This document shows positions 22,310-30,798 of a DNA stretch of 60,574 bases, in pieces; within the stretch, counting starts at the first letter, position 1; every line of letters begins with the position of its first letter. Both the position numbers and the translations under genes were made by a program. A model generated the notes under the pieces. That model made no database searches. It was given only the letters and a program-made list of their open reading frames with translations, and was not told the origin of the DNA. Source of the DNA: an uncultured delta proteobacterium (lineage in GTDB: Bacteria; Desulfobacterota; RBG-13-43-22); contig CAWJJC010000014.1 of the NCBI GenBank assembly GCA_963843145.1, positions 1 through 60,574 of the forward strand, in the 5' to 3' direction.

Positions 22310-22326
22310 CAGCTCACCCGGAGCCG
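22310..22326 (-). promoter_or_regulatory. Candidate bacterial SECIS for UGA 22338-40
   Basis: CGGCTC-CGGGT-GAGCTG stem-loop starting 11 nt after the UGA. The next TGA (22314-16) lies in its 3' arm. Confidence 0.55.
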
Positions 22327-23456
22327 GTCTTCGTGGCTCAGGTAAAAGGAGATGATGGCGGAGGGCCGTCCAGGCTGCTCAAAGTGGTTAATCCGGGAGA
22401 GGGTCTTTTCGCTTCCACCGGTTTGGGAGCCAGGGAATCCATGGCCCGCTGCTGAATTAATTGGGTCTTCGTGGCTCCGACCGTCATGGCCAGGGCCAGG
22501 GTCTCCTGGATCTCCTCTTCGGTAGCGCCCAAATCCCTTGCGACCGCAAGGCAGTAAGCCGTTCAGGGCTCGCATCCGGCCCCCAAGGAGGCCCCCAGAG
22601 CGATCAGGTGCTTCATCTTGCGGTTGATGGCCCCGTCGGCATAGGCGGTCTCAAAAAATTCCCGGTATTTGTTCAATCCGTCTTCGACCCCCATGCCTTT
22701 TCCTCCTTCACTTTTTGTTGCCCTAAACAATGTCCCTTTGGTATCCGGCGAACTGTTAAACCCGGTTTCTCCGGCCGACTTAGCCCCATTGAACCCCGCT
22801 TCCTTCATCAAGGCCAGGAAATCCTTTCCCGGTATGGCCCCGCCTTCTCAGCGGAACCAGCTTTCGATTCGTTCCTGAGGGCTCTTGGTCAGGGCCCCGC
22901 TCAAAATTTGGTCGGCGATCAATAGCCGGCCGTTCGGTTTCAAGACGCGACAAGCCTCCTTCAACATGCGGCCCTTGGCGGGGATCAAATTAAACACCCC
23001 GTTAGAAATGACCACATCGAAGCTCCCGTCGGGGAAGGGCAGGTCTTCTCCGAAAAATTCCTGGAAAGCCACGTTGGTCAAGTCCGTCTGTTTCAGGTTT
23101 TCATAAGCCCGGGCGACCATTTCCGGAGACAAGTCCAAACCGACCACTTTCCCGCCCGGGCCCACAAGGCGGGCGGCCACCATACTGTCCAGCCCCCCAC
23201 CGCTGCCGATGTCCAGGACCGTTTCCCCCCGGTCCACCGAACCCAGAGAGAAAGGATTGCCCACACCGCAGAAAGAATCCAGAATTTCATCCGGCAAGGT
23301 TTTCAATAATTCGGGATCATACTGCAAGGCCTCCAAGCCGGACTTTCCGGTGGGGTATTTGAACAATCCCTGGGGGCCGGCCGCCACCTGGGCATATTTT
23401 TTCCGAATTCCGGTTTCAATTTTATTTTTATCTTCCAGGGTCAACGACAGTTCCAT
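22314..23456 (-). CDS. Predicted multi-selenocysteine protein: ArsM-like SAM methyltransferase (Sec) fused in frame to an AhpD/CMD domain (CxxU) and a Sec-containing tail
   Basis: One frame 23456-22314 with in-frame TGA at 22848-50 (SWFR-U-EGGAI), 22563-65 (GCEP-U-TAYC) and 22338-40 (PFT-U-ATK), each followed by a hairpin. ArsM motifs FCGVGNP, LDIGSGGG, ISNGVFNL; CMD motif KHLIALGASLGAGC. Confidence 0.8.
22536..22551 (-). promoter_or_regulatory. Candidate bacterial SECIS for UGA 22563-65
   Basis: CCTTGC-GGTC-GCAAGG perfect stem, G-first loop, starting 11 nt after the UGA (fdhF-like geometry). Confidence 0.78.
22814..22832 (-). promoter_or_regulatory. Candidate bacterial SECIS for UGA 22848-50
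   Basis: CCGGGAAA-GGA-TTTCCTGG stem-loop starting 15 nt after the UGA. Confidence 0.6.
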
Positions 23457-23457
23457 A

Positions 23458-23763
23458 TCAGGCCTCCCGCACCTCTTCCCAGGCCCTTTGCACGGCTTCG
23501 GTCAGATCGCCCATTTCCGGGATATGGTCAAAGGCGATCTTTTCGTTGATCACGATCGAAGGAACAGCCGGTTTCCGGCCGGATAACCGGGTAAGTTCTT
23601 CATGCCGCAGCAACCCTTCCCGGGCCCCCATATCCACCACTTCCCAGGTTAATACGCCGGGCTCAAATTCCGGGGCGATTTCTTCCAGGATGGCCAGGGC
23701 CAAGTCGCAGAGCATGCAGCCCTTCTTCTTGGCGATAATCTCCACATAGACTTTTCGGTCCAT
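23458..23763 (-). CDS. Thioredoxin/glutaredoxin-fold protein (CMLC)
   Basis: GCMLC CxxC and AVPSIVINEKIAF cis-Pro motif. Its stop is 1 nt before the methyltransferase start. Confidence 0.8.
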   Translation of the reverse strand: MDRKVYVEIIAKKKGCMLCDLALAILEEIAPEFEPGVLTWEVVDMGAREGLLRHEELTRLSGRKPAVPSIVINEKIAFDHIPEMGDLTEAVQRAWEEVREA

Positions 23764-23818
23764 CTTCTATTTCTTCCGGTCCGGCATGACGTAGTCAACC
23801 CAGGCTCTAATTCAGCAT

Positions 23819-23995
23819 TTACACGCGCTCAAGATACTCGGATAATTCCTGGTAATTGACCCGGTCTCCTACGAAACGCTCCACTTCCGGGCCCTCCCGG
23901 TAGACCACAAAGCTGGGGGCGCTGAGAATGTTCAGTTTCTTAACCAGTCCCTGAATGTTGGCCACGTATAATTTCACCCATTCAGAAATATCCAT
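23819..23995 (-). CDS. 58-aa C-terminal half of a thioredoxin (no CxxC); fragment or pseudogene
   Basis: Manual translation MDISEWVKLYVANIQGLVKKLNILSAPSFVVYREGPEVERFVGDRVNYQELSEYLERV; below the ORF-track cutoff. Confidence 0.5.
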   Translation of the reverse strand: MDISEWVKLYVANIQGLVKKLNILSAPSFVVYREGPEVERFVGDRVNYQELSEYLERV

Positions 23996-24066
23996 GGATG
24001 ACTTTCCTCTTCCCCAGGGTCTGCCTTGATCCTTTCTTCCTTTAACCTTTTCCCCCGAACCCCTGA

Positions 24067-24574
24067 TTAATCCAATAATACCATACCGTACCAGGCCGGC
24101 AACAACTTTCCTTCCTTATCGAATTCTACCTTAAATCCCAACGGCTCAATGGTCTTCCCGATATCCATCCCGTAGGCGTCCATGGAGGGCCGGGCCAGGT
24201 GCGGGAAGTTGCAGGGATTGGGGAAGGCGCATTCGTCACACTGGACGCAAAGGACCAAGGCCAGGGCATAGGAACAGTTGTAGGAGAGCATGGCCTCCTT
24301 TTCCACGGCCAGGGCAACGTTCTGTCCTCCTTTTGGCTCTGTAGTCTGGAGGACCAGGCCCCAACGATAGCGTTCGAAAGCCTCCTTAAACAGTTCCTGA
24401 GGGAATGCTCATGTTGGGTGGGCAGGTCCAGAACTTCCCCCAGCGACTGCAGCCGAACCGACATTTGAGAAAAGAGCGGGGATCAAAAACGACTTGACTG
24501 GTTTCCAAAAGTTTCGCTTTGGCTGCTCCCAGTTCAATGGCTTTTGTTTCTAAGGGTTCAAAATAGGTTCTCAT
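24067..24574 (-). CDS. DUF2284-like Cys-rich metal-binding protein; one frameshift near 24400
   Basis: KCRFGCSRWGKFWTCPP, then in the shifted frame QELFKEAFERY...CVQCDECAFPNPCNFPHLARPSMDAYGMD. Confidence 0.75.
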
Positions 24575-24629
24575 GATTTCCTCCGTATTTTCGTACTAAC
24601 CCATCAGGCCGTCGGCCTTTGGTAGAGCG

Positions 24630-24860
24630 CCGGCAAGCAGTACCGGCAAAGATTTCACAATGGAGCCGGAGAGTATTTAAAGTCGATCCAGGGGCTTTTC
24701 CCCGCAGGTCCAGATGATCCGCGGGCGGTCCATCAGTCGCTGAAACACACTCCGGGAAAGAAGGGCCGCAACCAGTCCGTCCAGTATGGGACCCCGGATA
24801 TAAACGGAAAAGAATCTGCTATAGGAACTTTTACTTTTTGTGGGGTAAACCTATAGTCGG
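24630..24860. mobile_element. Possible degenerate IS91/ISCR-family remnant
   Basis: + strand fragments RRVFKVDP and DDPRAVHQSLKH resemble an IS91 transposase C-terminus. Minus strand AAAAGTAAAAGTTCCTAT (about 24821-24838) resembles an oriIS end. Confidence 0.3.
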
Positions 24861-25057
24861 AGTCGGTCAGAAGACTTTCGGCCACTGCAAAATACGCCGA
24901 AGCAGGGTGGTTTTTCCGGCCCCTAAAAATCCGGCGATGAGGATAACGTCGCACAAAGATTCAGGAGGAGCTTCTTTGGGGGATTTCACTGGACCTCCTT
25001 TCCAAGGGCGGCAGAAAGTTTTTATCATAATAATTTTTTCAGGTTTTTTTGAAAAAA

Positions 25058-25399
25058 TTATTTCTCGAACTTTATTTCAGCGTCCTTGGGCAATGCCATA
25101 CCCATGGTCACTTCGGCCGTTTTTAAGACCGCAATCGGCACCGGGCACATGGGGTGGCAGCCGGACTGCTGCGCCGCCTGGAAGACGAGGCTCTTGCTGA
25201 TCGGGGCGAACAGATCCCGCAGGCTGATTTCCTGGATTTGCTCGAAGAACCGCTGAATGTGTTTGCACTCCGAACCCCGGCCGTGGAGTTCGACCAAGTA
25301 TTTGTCTTTTTTTTCCCCTTCGATAACGCAGGGAAAACCGCAGATTCCCGGATTGACGTGTACCCGGGTCAGTTCTTTTTTTTCAGGCGGGTCTTCCAT
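25058..25399 (-). CDS. Small Cys-containing protein (DUF6951-like)
   Basis: VNPGICGF, SECKHI, CHPMCPVPIAVLKTAEV...LPKDAEIKF. Confidence 0.7.
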   Translation of the reverse strand: MEDPPEKKELTRVHVNPGICGFPCVIEGEKKDKYLVELHGRGSECKHIQRFFEQIQEISLRDLFAPISKSLVFQAAQQSGCHPMCPVPIAVLKTAEVTMGMALPKDAEIKFEK

Positions 25400-25484
25400 A
25401 AAAAGGTCATAGTCCTAGGGGTATCTATCCTTCGCGATTTTGCAGGGGCGGGTTTAGCACCCGCCCCTACAAAATACACCCGGT

Positions 25485-27581
25485 CTACTTCTGGTGCAGT
25501 ACTTCCGGCGGCACAATCCCTTCCAGGTGTGGGAAGGCATCCTTCATGTGCGGTATCTGCAGGGATTCAATAAACTGGGCCTGGAAATCCTTTTCCATGG
25601 TCAATTCCAGGTACTCCACGTTGCGGGAGACCCAGTTGGCTTCCACCCGTTTCTCCCGGTTCAACAGGGCCGCCCGGGCGCCGTCACCGGCCGCGTTGCC
25701 CACCGAAAGGATCTTTTCGATGGCGCAGTCCGGGAACAGGCCCATGATCAGGGCTTTGGTCCGGTCCACGTGGGTTCCGAAGGCCCCGGCGATCTTGACC
25801 ACATCCACCTGATCGATGTTCATCTTCCTCATCATCAGCTTGCACCCCGTGTACAGGGCTCCTTTGGCTAATTGGATCTGGCGCACGTCCTTCTGGGTGA
25901 TGACCACGTCCCGCTCGATGCCGGTCTCATTGGCCCAGGCGATGACGAATTCCGGCTGTTTGGTGTCGGCGTTCAGACGGAACCGGTTGGATTTCTGAGT
26001 CTTGTTGAACACCCCGCTTTTCACAATGACCCCCGAGGTGTAAAGTTCGGCCAGAACATCCAGAATCCCCGAGCCGCAAATCCCCTTGGTCTTCATCTCC
26101 TCCGGTTTGGAAAAGCTTCTCCAGGCATCCCGGCCGATGACCTTATAATCCACCGCGTGGGTCTCCGGATCGATCTTGATCCGTTCGATGGCCCCGGGGG
26201 CCGCCCGCATGCCATAGGCCAATTGGGCCCCTTCCAAGGCGGGGCCGGTGGCGCAGGAGGAAGAAATCATTTTTTCCTTGTTACCCAGAACCAACTCGCC
26301 GTTGGTCCCGATGTCGATGAGCAACTGGATTTCATCGCTTTTGTAGGGGGCTTCGGCGATCAGCACGCCCACGTTGTCCGCCCCCACAAAACCGGCTTCG
26401 TTGGGCAGGAGGTGGACATAGGCCGAATCATTGATTTGAATCTTCAGGTCCCGGGCCTTGATATCCAAGCTCCGGTGAACCACCGGGGGAAAGGGGGGCA
26501 AACCCACAAATGCCGGGTCCAGCTTGAGCAGGATGTGATGCATGACGGTGTTGCAGACGATGGTCATGTCCACAATATCCTTGGGTTCCAGGCGCAGGTA
26601 GCTCCTGCCTTCCGCGGGCGCCTCTTCCCAGGTCTCAATGACTTGATCGCCTTCTTTGACCTTCTTTTTCTTTCTGGGCGGATAGGTGGACTCCACGGCC
26701 TGTTGGACCAGGATATTCAGACCCTCGATCAGGTCGTTGCTCATCCGCTCCAGGCCGTTTTCGTTCATCATGTGGTAGGTGATCCGGCTCATCACATCTT
26801 CCCCGTATTTACACTGGGGATTCATCATGGAGACCGTTTCAATGACCTCCATGGTCTTCAGGTTACAGAGATAGGCGGCCACGGTGGTGGTGCCGATATC
26901 CACGGCCAGCCCATAATTGGCGGCTTCTTTTCCCCCGGGCAGAACCCGGATGATTTCCTTGTCCATCCAGACCGAAACGGTCAGGGAAAAGCGCCGTTTA
27001 CTTCGCAGGCGGCCCGGCAAATCCATCAGGGCCCGGTAGTCGATAGTCAGGTCCCGGAGGCCAAACCGGCGGTTCAACTCCTCCTGAACCCGCTCGAAAT
27101 CCCCGGTGGGATGCTCGAAGGTGGGTTCAATGACCTCCACGTAATATTCCTTGACCGCCGGGTTCCAGTCGATGGGAATATCCCGGGCGGCCTTGCGGAC
27201 CACCTGTTTCCCCGCCCGTGATTCCTCGGGCACAAAAATTAACAGGTCTCCTTCGACTTTGGCGCAACAACCGAGCCGGTATCCCCGTTCGCGCTGTTCC
27301 GCGTTGATGAACCGCCCCTCCTCTTCCCTCCAGGGGCTGACCTGGCTGCGGCTGGACTGGATCCCGTATTTGTCATCGCCGCCTTCTTCAATCCGCACCA
27401 GGCATTTGCCGCAAGCCCTTTTCTCCCCGCAAAGGGCTTCGATATCCACGCCTACCCGGCGGGAGGCCTCGATAATGGTCATCCCCCTATCGACTTCGCC
27501 CCGGCGTCCGGAAGGTTGAAAAATCAATCTCGCTTTGTCCGCCACCATTTGTCTTGACTCGTTGGAGTCCTTCTTATTCAA
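25485..27581 (-). CDS. ASKHA-domain reductive activator of corrinoid proteins (RACo) with N-terminal 2Fe-2S ferredoxin
   Basis: CGEKRACGKC...RLGC, DIGTTT, GFVGAD, DIGTNGE, GICGSG, AGAFG, GNAAGDGA. Confidence 0.92.
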   Translation of the reverse strand: MNKKDSNESRQMVADKARLIFQPSGRRGEVDRGMTIIEASRRVGVDIEALCGEKRACGKCLVRIEEGGDDKYGIQSSRSQVSPWREEEGRFINAEQRERGYRLGCCAKVEGDLLIFVPEESRAGKQVVRKAARDIPIDWNPAVKEYYVEVIEPTFEHPTGDFERVQEELNRRFGLRDLTIDYRALMDLPGRLRSKRRFSLTVSVWMDKEIIRVLPGGKEAANYGLAVDIGTTTVAAYLCNLKTMEVIETVSMMNPQCKYGEDVMSRITYHMMNENGLERMSNDLIEGLNILVQQAVESTYPPRKKKKVKEGDQVIETWEEAPAEGRSYLRLEPKDIVDMTIVCNTVMHHILLKLDPAFVGLPPFPPVVHRSLDIKARDLKIQINDSAYVHLLPNEAGFVGADNVGVLIAEAPYKSDEIQLLIDIGTNGELVLGNKEKMISSSCATGPALEGAQLAYGMRAAPGAIERIKIDPETHAVDYKVIGRDAWRSFSKPEEMKTKGICGSGILDVLAELYTSGVIVKSGVFNKTQKSNRFRLNADTKQPEFVIAWANETGIERDVVITQKDVRQIQLAKGALYTGCKLMMRKMNIDQVDVVKIAGAFGTHVDRTKALIMGLFPDCAIEKILSVGNAAGDGARAALLNREKRVEANWVSRNVEYLELTMEKDFQAQFIESLQIPHMKDAFPHLEGIVPPEVLHQK

Positions 27582-27599
27582 CCGGGGAATAGACTCGCG

Positions 27600-28550
27600 T
27601 CAGTTCGATTTCAGTTGCTCCACAAACTCCGGGAATAACTTAAACAGCGGATGATTGGAATCCGTTGGAAATTGCTTGGTTTCCGCATAAACGGCTGTGG
27701 CCAAAAAGGCGTCGGCCATGGCTACGGCCGGAAAAATTCGGATCGACCCAGCCATGGGACCGGAGAAAACCATATCGTGATAAAAGAAGGCGGAAAGGCC
27801 TTCCAGGGCGGCATCGGCGGCGGACCAGCCCTTGAACCCCCATAGCTCCCGGGCCTGCTTCCACATATAGGAACCGTTGCTGGGGGCGCTGGCCGTAGGA
27901 AAGCCCCATTTCTCTTTGATCAATTTATTCGCCAGGCCGCAGAGGGCGGTCGCCGGACCGTTCATGACCGAAGAGTCCACAAAAATACTATCAAACCGGG
28001 CGCCGACTTTCTCGATGGCATCCAAAAGTTTCTGGGTCCCCGTGACGCGTCCAGTAGGCATCTGATCGGCCTGATCAAAGGCCACCAGCAAGACATGCTT
28101 GATCCCGATCTGGTAAATTTCCCTGATTTCGGTTTCGAGGTCCTTTTCCCAAATGGTCAGGCTGTTGTAGAAAACCCGGTCGAGGAGGCCTTTCTCGGCG
28201 CAGTATTTGGCCCCCTCCAGCTTGGGTTTCATTACCCAGGCATCGATACAGAAGGGCAGGTTGCAGTGGCCGCTCACAAAGTCGATATATTCCTTAAACT
28301 CCGCCCCCGTATTGGCCACGACGTCCGGCATACAGTTGACCCCGGTCTCGGCTACCAATTTCTCGCAATCCTTCAACAGCTCCCGGCCCCGGTCTTCATT
28401 GAAGCCGTCTTTCCGCTTGGCCCCCTCAAAAACCTTATCTCCTTTCTGGAAAATAGACGGGCAGAGGACCGTGGGATTCATCCCGGGCTGTCCTCCGAAT
28501 TTGACGCCCCCGATGCGGCAGACTTTCTGTTCTTTCGAAAAGGTAAACAT
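27600..28550 (-). CDS. MtrH/MtgA-family methylcorrinoid:tetrahydrofolate methyltransferase
   Basis: MFTFSKEQKVCRIGGVKFGGQPGMNPTVL, FYNSL, KEKWGFPT, IFPAVAMADA. Confidence 0.87.
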   Translation of the reverse strand: MFTFSKEQKVCRIGGVKFGGQPGMNPTVLCPSIFQKGDKVFEGAKRKDGFNEDRGRELLKDCEKLVAETGVNCMPDVVANTGAEFKEYIDFVSGHCNLPFCIDAWVMKPKLEGAKYCAEKGLLDRVFYNSLTIWEKDLETEIREIYQIGIKHVLLVAFDQADQMPTGRVTGTQKLLDAIEKVGARFDSIFVDSSVMNGPATALCGLANKLIKEKWGFPTASAPSNGSYMWKQARELWGFKGWSAADAALEGLSAFFYHDMVFSGPMAGSIRIFPAVAMADAFLATAVYAETKQFPTDSNHPLFKLFPEFVEQLKSN

Positions 28551-28658
28551 AAGCACCCCCCAATTTTGTTTCATTTATTCCGTCAGTAAGGTTGTCCAAG
28601 GCTTTGGGAAATTACCGCGGCGATCGAACCCTGTAAACCCAATAAACAAACCAATCCT

Positions 28659-29198
28659 TTATCGCTCCGCGCTGATCCGATCCGGTACACCCTTTTCATA
28701 ATAGTGTTTCAGATTTTTCATTTCAGTAACCAGATCCGCTTTTTGGATTATCTCGGGCGGAGCATAACGCCCGGTCAGGATCAACTCCATTTCCTCGGGT
28801 TTGGCGTCCATCAGCTCCAGCAGCTCCTGCACCGAAACCAGGTTAAACGCCGCGGCAATGTTCACTTCATCCAGGATCAGGATATCGCAGGCCCGGGAAC
28901 GAATCACCTGCCAGGCATGGTCCAAGGCCTTTTGGGCCAACTCCCGATCCTCAATATCGGGGTTGGCCAGGTTGGTAAAACCGGCCCGGCCCATGGGTTT
29001 GATGGTCAACAACGGGCCCAGCTTTTTGGCCGAGGCGATCTCTCCGGTTTTAGTCGGTCCTCCCTTGAGAAATTGGATCATATAGACCCTGCGCCCATGG
29101 CCGACCGCCCGCATGGCCAGTCCCAGGGCGGCCGTGGTCTTCCCTTTGCCTTCGCCGGTATACACCTGGATCATGCCCCTGACGGTTGTTTCAGCCAT
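28659..29198 (-). CDS. cobO: Cob(I)yrinic acid a,c-diamide adenosyltransferase (CobO/BtuR)
   Basis: VYTGEGKGKTTAALG, QFLKG, LDEVN, LTGRYAP, ADLVTEM. Confidence 0.93.
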   Translation of the reverse strand: MAETTVRGMIQVYTGEGKGKTTAALGLAMRAVGHGRRVYMIQFLKGGPTKTGEIASAKKLGPLLTIKPMGRAGFTNLANPDIEDRELAQKALDHAWQVIRSRACDILILDEVNIAAAFNLVSVQELLELMDAKPEEMELILTGRYAPPEIIQKADLVTEMKNLKHYYEKGVPDRISAER

Positions 29199-29374
29199 TC
29201 GTTTTTCCGTTTTAGGACTCGGTGAGGGACGTCAGGCGTGAGCGCGTGAGGCGCAAGGCGTTCGAAACAACAAGCATCACGCATAAAAAGGATGACTCCG
29301 GTGGATCTACGCTTTTTTCTTCCATCTTCCATCTTCCCGCTCTCTTCTGTCTTCTCCCCTCTCCCATTCTTTGA

Positions 29375-30529
29375 TCAGGCCATCCCCAGCAGCTCCCGGG
29401 AGATGACTAGCCGCTGAATTTCCGATGTCCCTTCGTACAATGTGGTCACCCGTACGTCCCGGGCCAGTCGCTCCAGCGGGTATTCGGCCGTGTACCCGTA
29501 GCCCCCCAAAATCTGAAGCGCCTTATAGCAGGCCCGGTTGGCCGCCTCCGAGGCATAGAGCTTCCCCATGGAGGCCTCCCGGGTAAAGGGTTTTCCCTGT
29601 TCCTTTAAGTAGGCCGCCCTGAGGACCAATAACTGGGCCGCTTCCAGCTCGGTGTAGGCGTCGGCCAGCATCCATTGAATGGCCTGAAACCGGGAAATAG
29701 GCTGGCCGAACTGCTCCCGGTTTTTGGCGTATTCCAGGGCGTAATCCAGGGCTGCCAGCCCGATGCCCAACGACAGGGAACCGACCCCGATTCGGCCGCC
29801 GGCCAGCTCCATCAAGGCGATCCGATAGCCGTCGTTCAACTGGCCCAGCAGATTCTCCCGGGGGATACGGCAGTGGTCGAAAAAAAGTTCATTGGTGCTG
29901 GAGCCCTTCTGGCCCATCTTCTTTTCGTCCTTCCCGATCCTATATCCGGGGGTCCCCTGCTCGACCACGAAGGCACTGATGCCTTTGCCCTTCCCCACGG
30001 CCTTGTCGGTGACCGTCCAGACCACTACTACTCCGGCGTATTCCGCGCTGGAGATGAAAATCTTGCTTCCGTTCAGCACCCATCCCAGACCGTCCTGGAC
30101 GGCGGTGGTTTTCATGCCCGCCGGGTCGGAACCGGCCCCGGCTTCGGTCAGGCCGAAGGCCCCGGCCGGGTATTCCCCGGAGCAGAGGCGGGGAATGTAT
30201 TTTTGGCGCACCTCTTCCGTTCCGAATTCCAGAAGCACTTCGGCCACCATGTTGGTCACCGACATGGTCACGGCCGTAGAGGCGCAGCCCCGGCCGATCT
30301 CGGTCATGGCCAGGCTGTAGGCCACTGGTCCCACTTGGACCCCGCCGTACTTCTCGGGGATATTCATACCCATCAGGCCCAATTCGGCCATTTTTTTCAG
30401 ATTACCCAAAAGAATGGTCCGGTCCTTGGTCTCATCCAGCCGGGCCGCTTGGGGGGCCAGTTCGGTCCGCGCGAAATCCCGGCACATCTTCTGGATCATC
30501 TTCTGTTCATCGGTCAGTCCGAAGTGCAT
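29375..30529 (-). CDS. Acyl-CoA dehydrogenase
   Basis: FGLTEAGAGSD, GGRIGV, REQFGQPI, GGYGY, LYEGTSEIQR. Confidence 0.95.
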   Translation of the reverse strand: MHFGLTDEQKMIQKMCRDFARTELAPQAARLDETKDRTILLGNLKKMAELGLMGMNIPEKYGGVQVGPVAYSLAMTEIGRGCASTAVTMSVTNMVAEVLLEFGTEEVRQKYIPRLCSGEYPAGAFGLTEAGAGSDPAGMKTTAVQDGLGWVLNGSKIFISSAEYAGVVVVWTVTDKAVGKGKGISAFVVEQGTPGYRIGKDEKKMGQKGSSTNELFFDHCRIPRENLLGQLNDGYRIALMELAGGRIGVGSLSLGIGLAALDYALEYAKNREQFGQPISRFQAIQWMLADAYTELEAAQLLVLRAAYLKEQGKPFTREASMGKLYASEAANRACYKALQILGGYGYTAEYPLERLARDVRVTTLYEGTSEIQRLVISRELLGMA

Positions 30530-30600
30530 AAAGCAACCCCATTCCCGGCGTGGCGCGGAGCGCTGAGCGCATAGCGCAAAAACGAAAAAGACGCAAAGTC

Positions 30601-30716
30601 GTCATTCCGGCGAAAGCCCTTCGGCTTACTCAGGGCCATGAGCTTTGTCGAATGGCCGGAATCCAGGGCGGTTAAAACCTCCATTACCCTCGATACCGGA
30701 TCAGGTCCGGTATGAC
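30601..30716. repeat. REP-like palindrome with inserted sub-element
   Basis: gtcattccggcgaaagc...gccggaatccag...gataccggatcaggtccggtatgac. Confidence 0.6.
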
Positions 30717-30798
30717 GGCTTTCTTTGCTTCCGTCTTCCATCTTCCTTCTTCCCTCTTCTGTCTTCCTTCTTTTCTTAGGCTCCCCGCTCTGCGGTTT

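Noticed and set aside
24380-24410. Sec read-through or programmed frameshift in the DUF2284 gene
   Set aside because: The interrupting stop is TAA, the continuation is in another frame, and there is no slippery site; a simple indel explains it.
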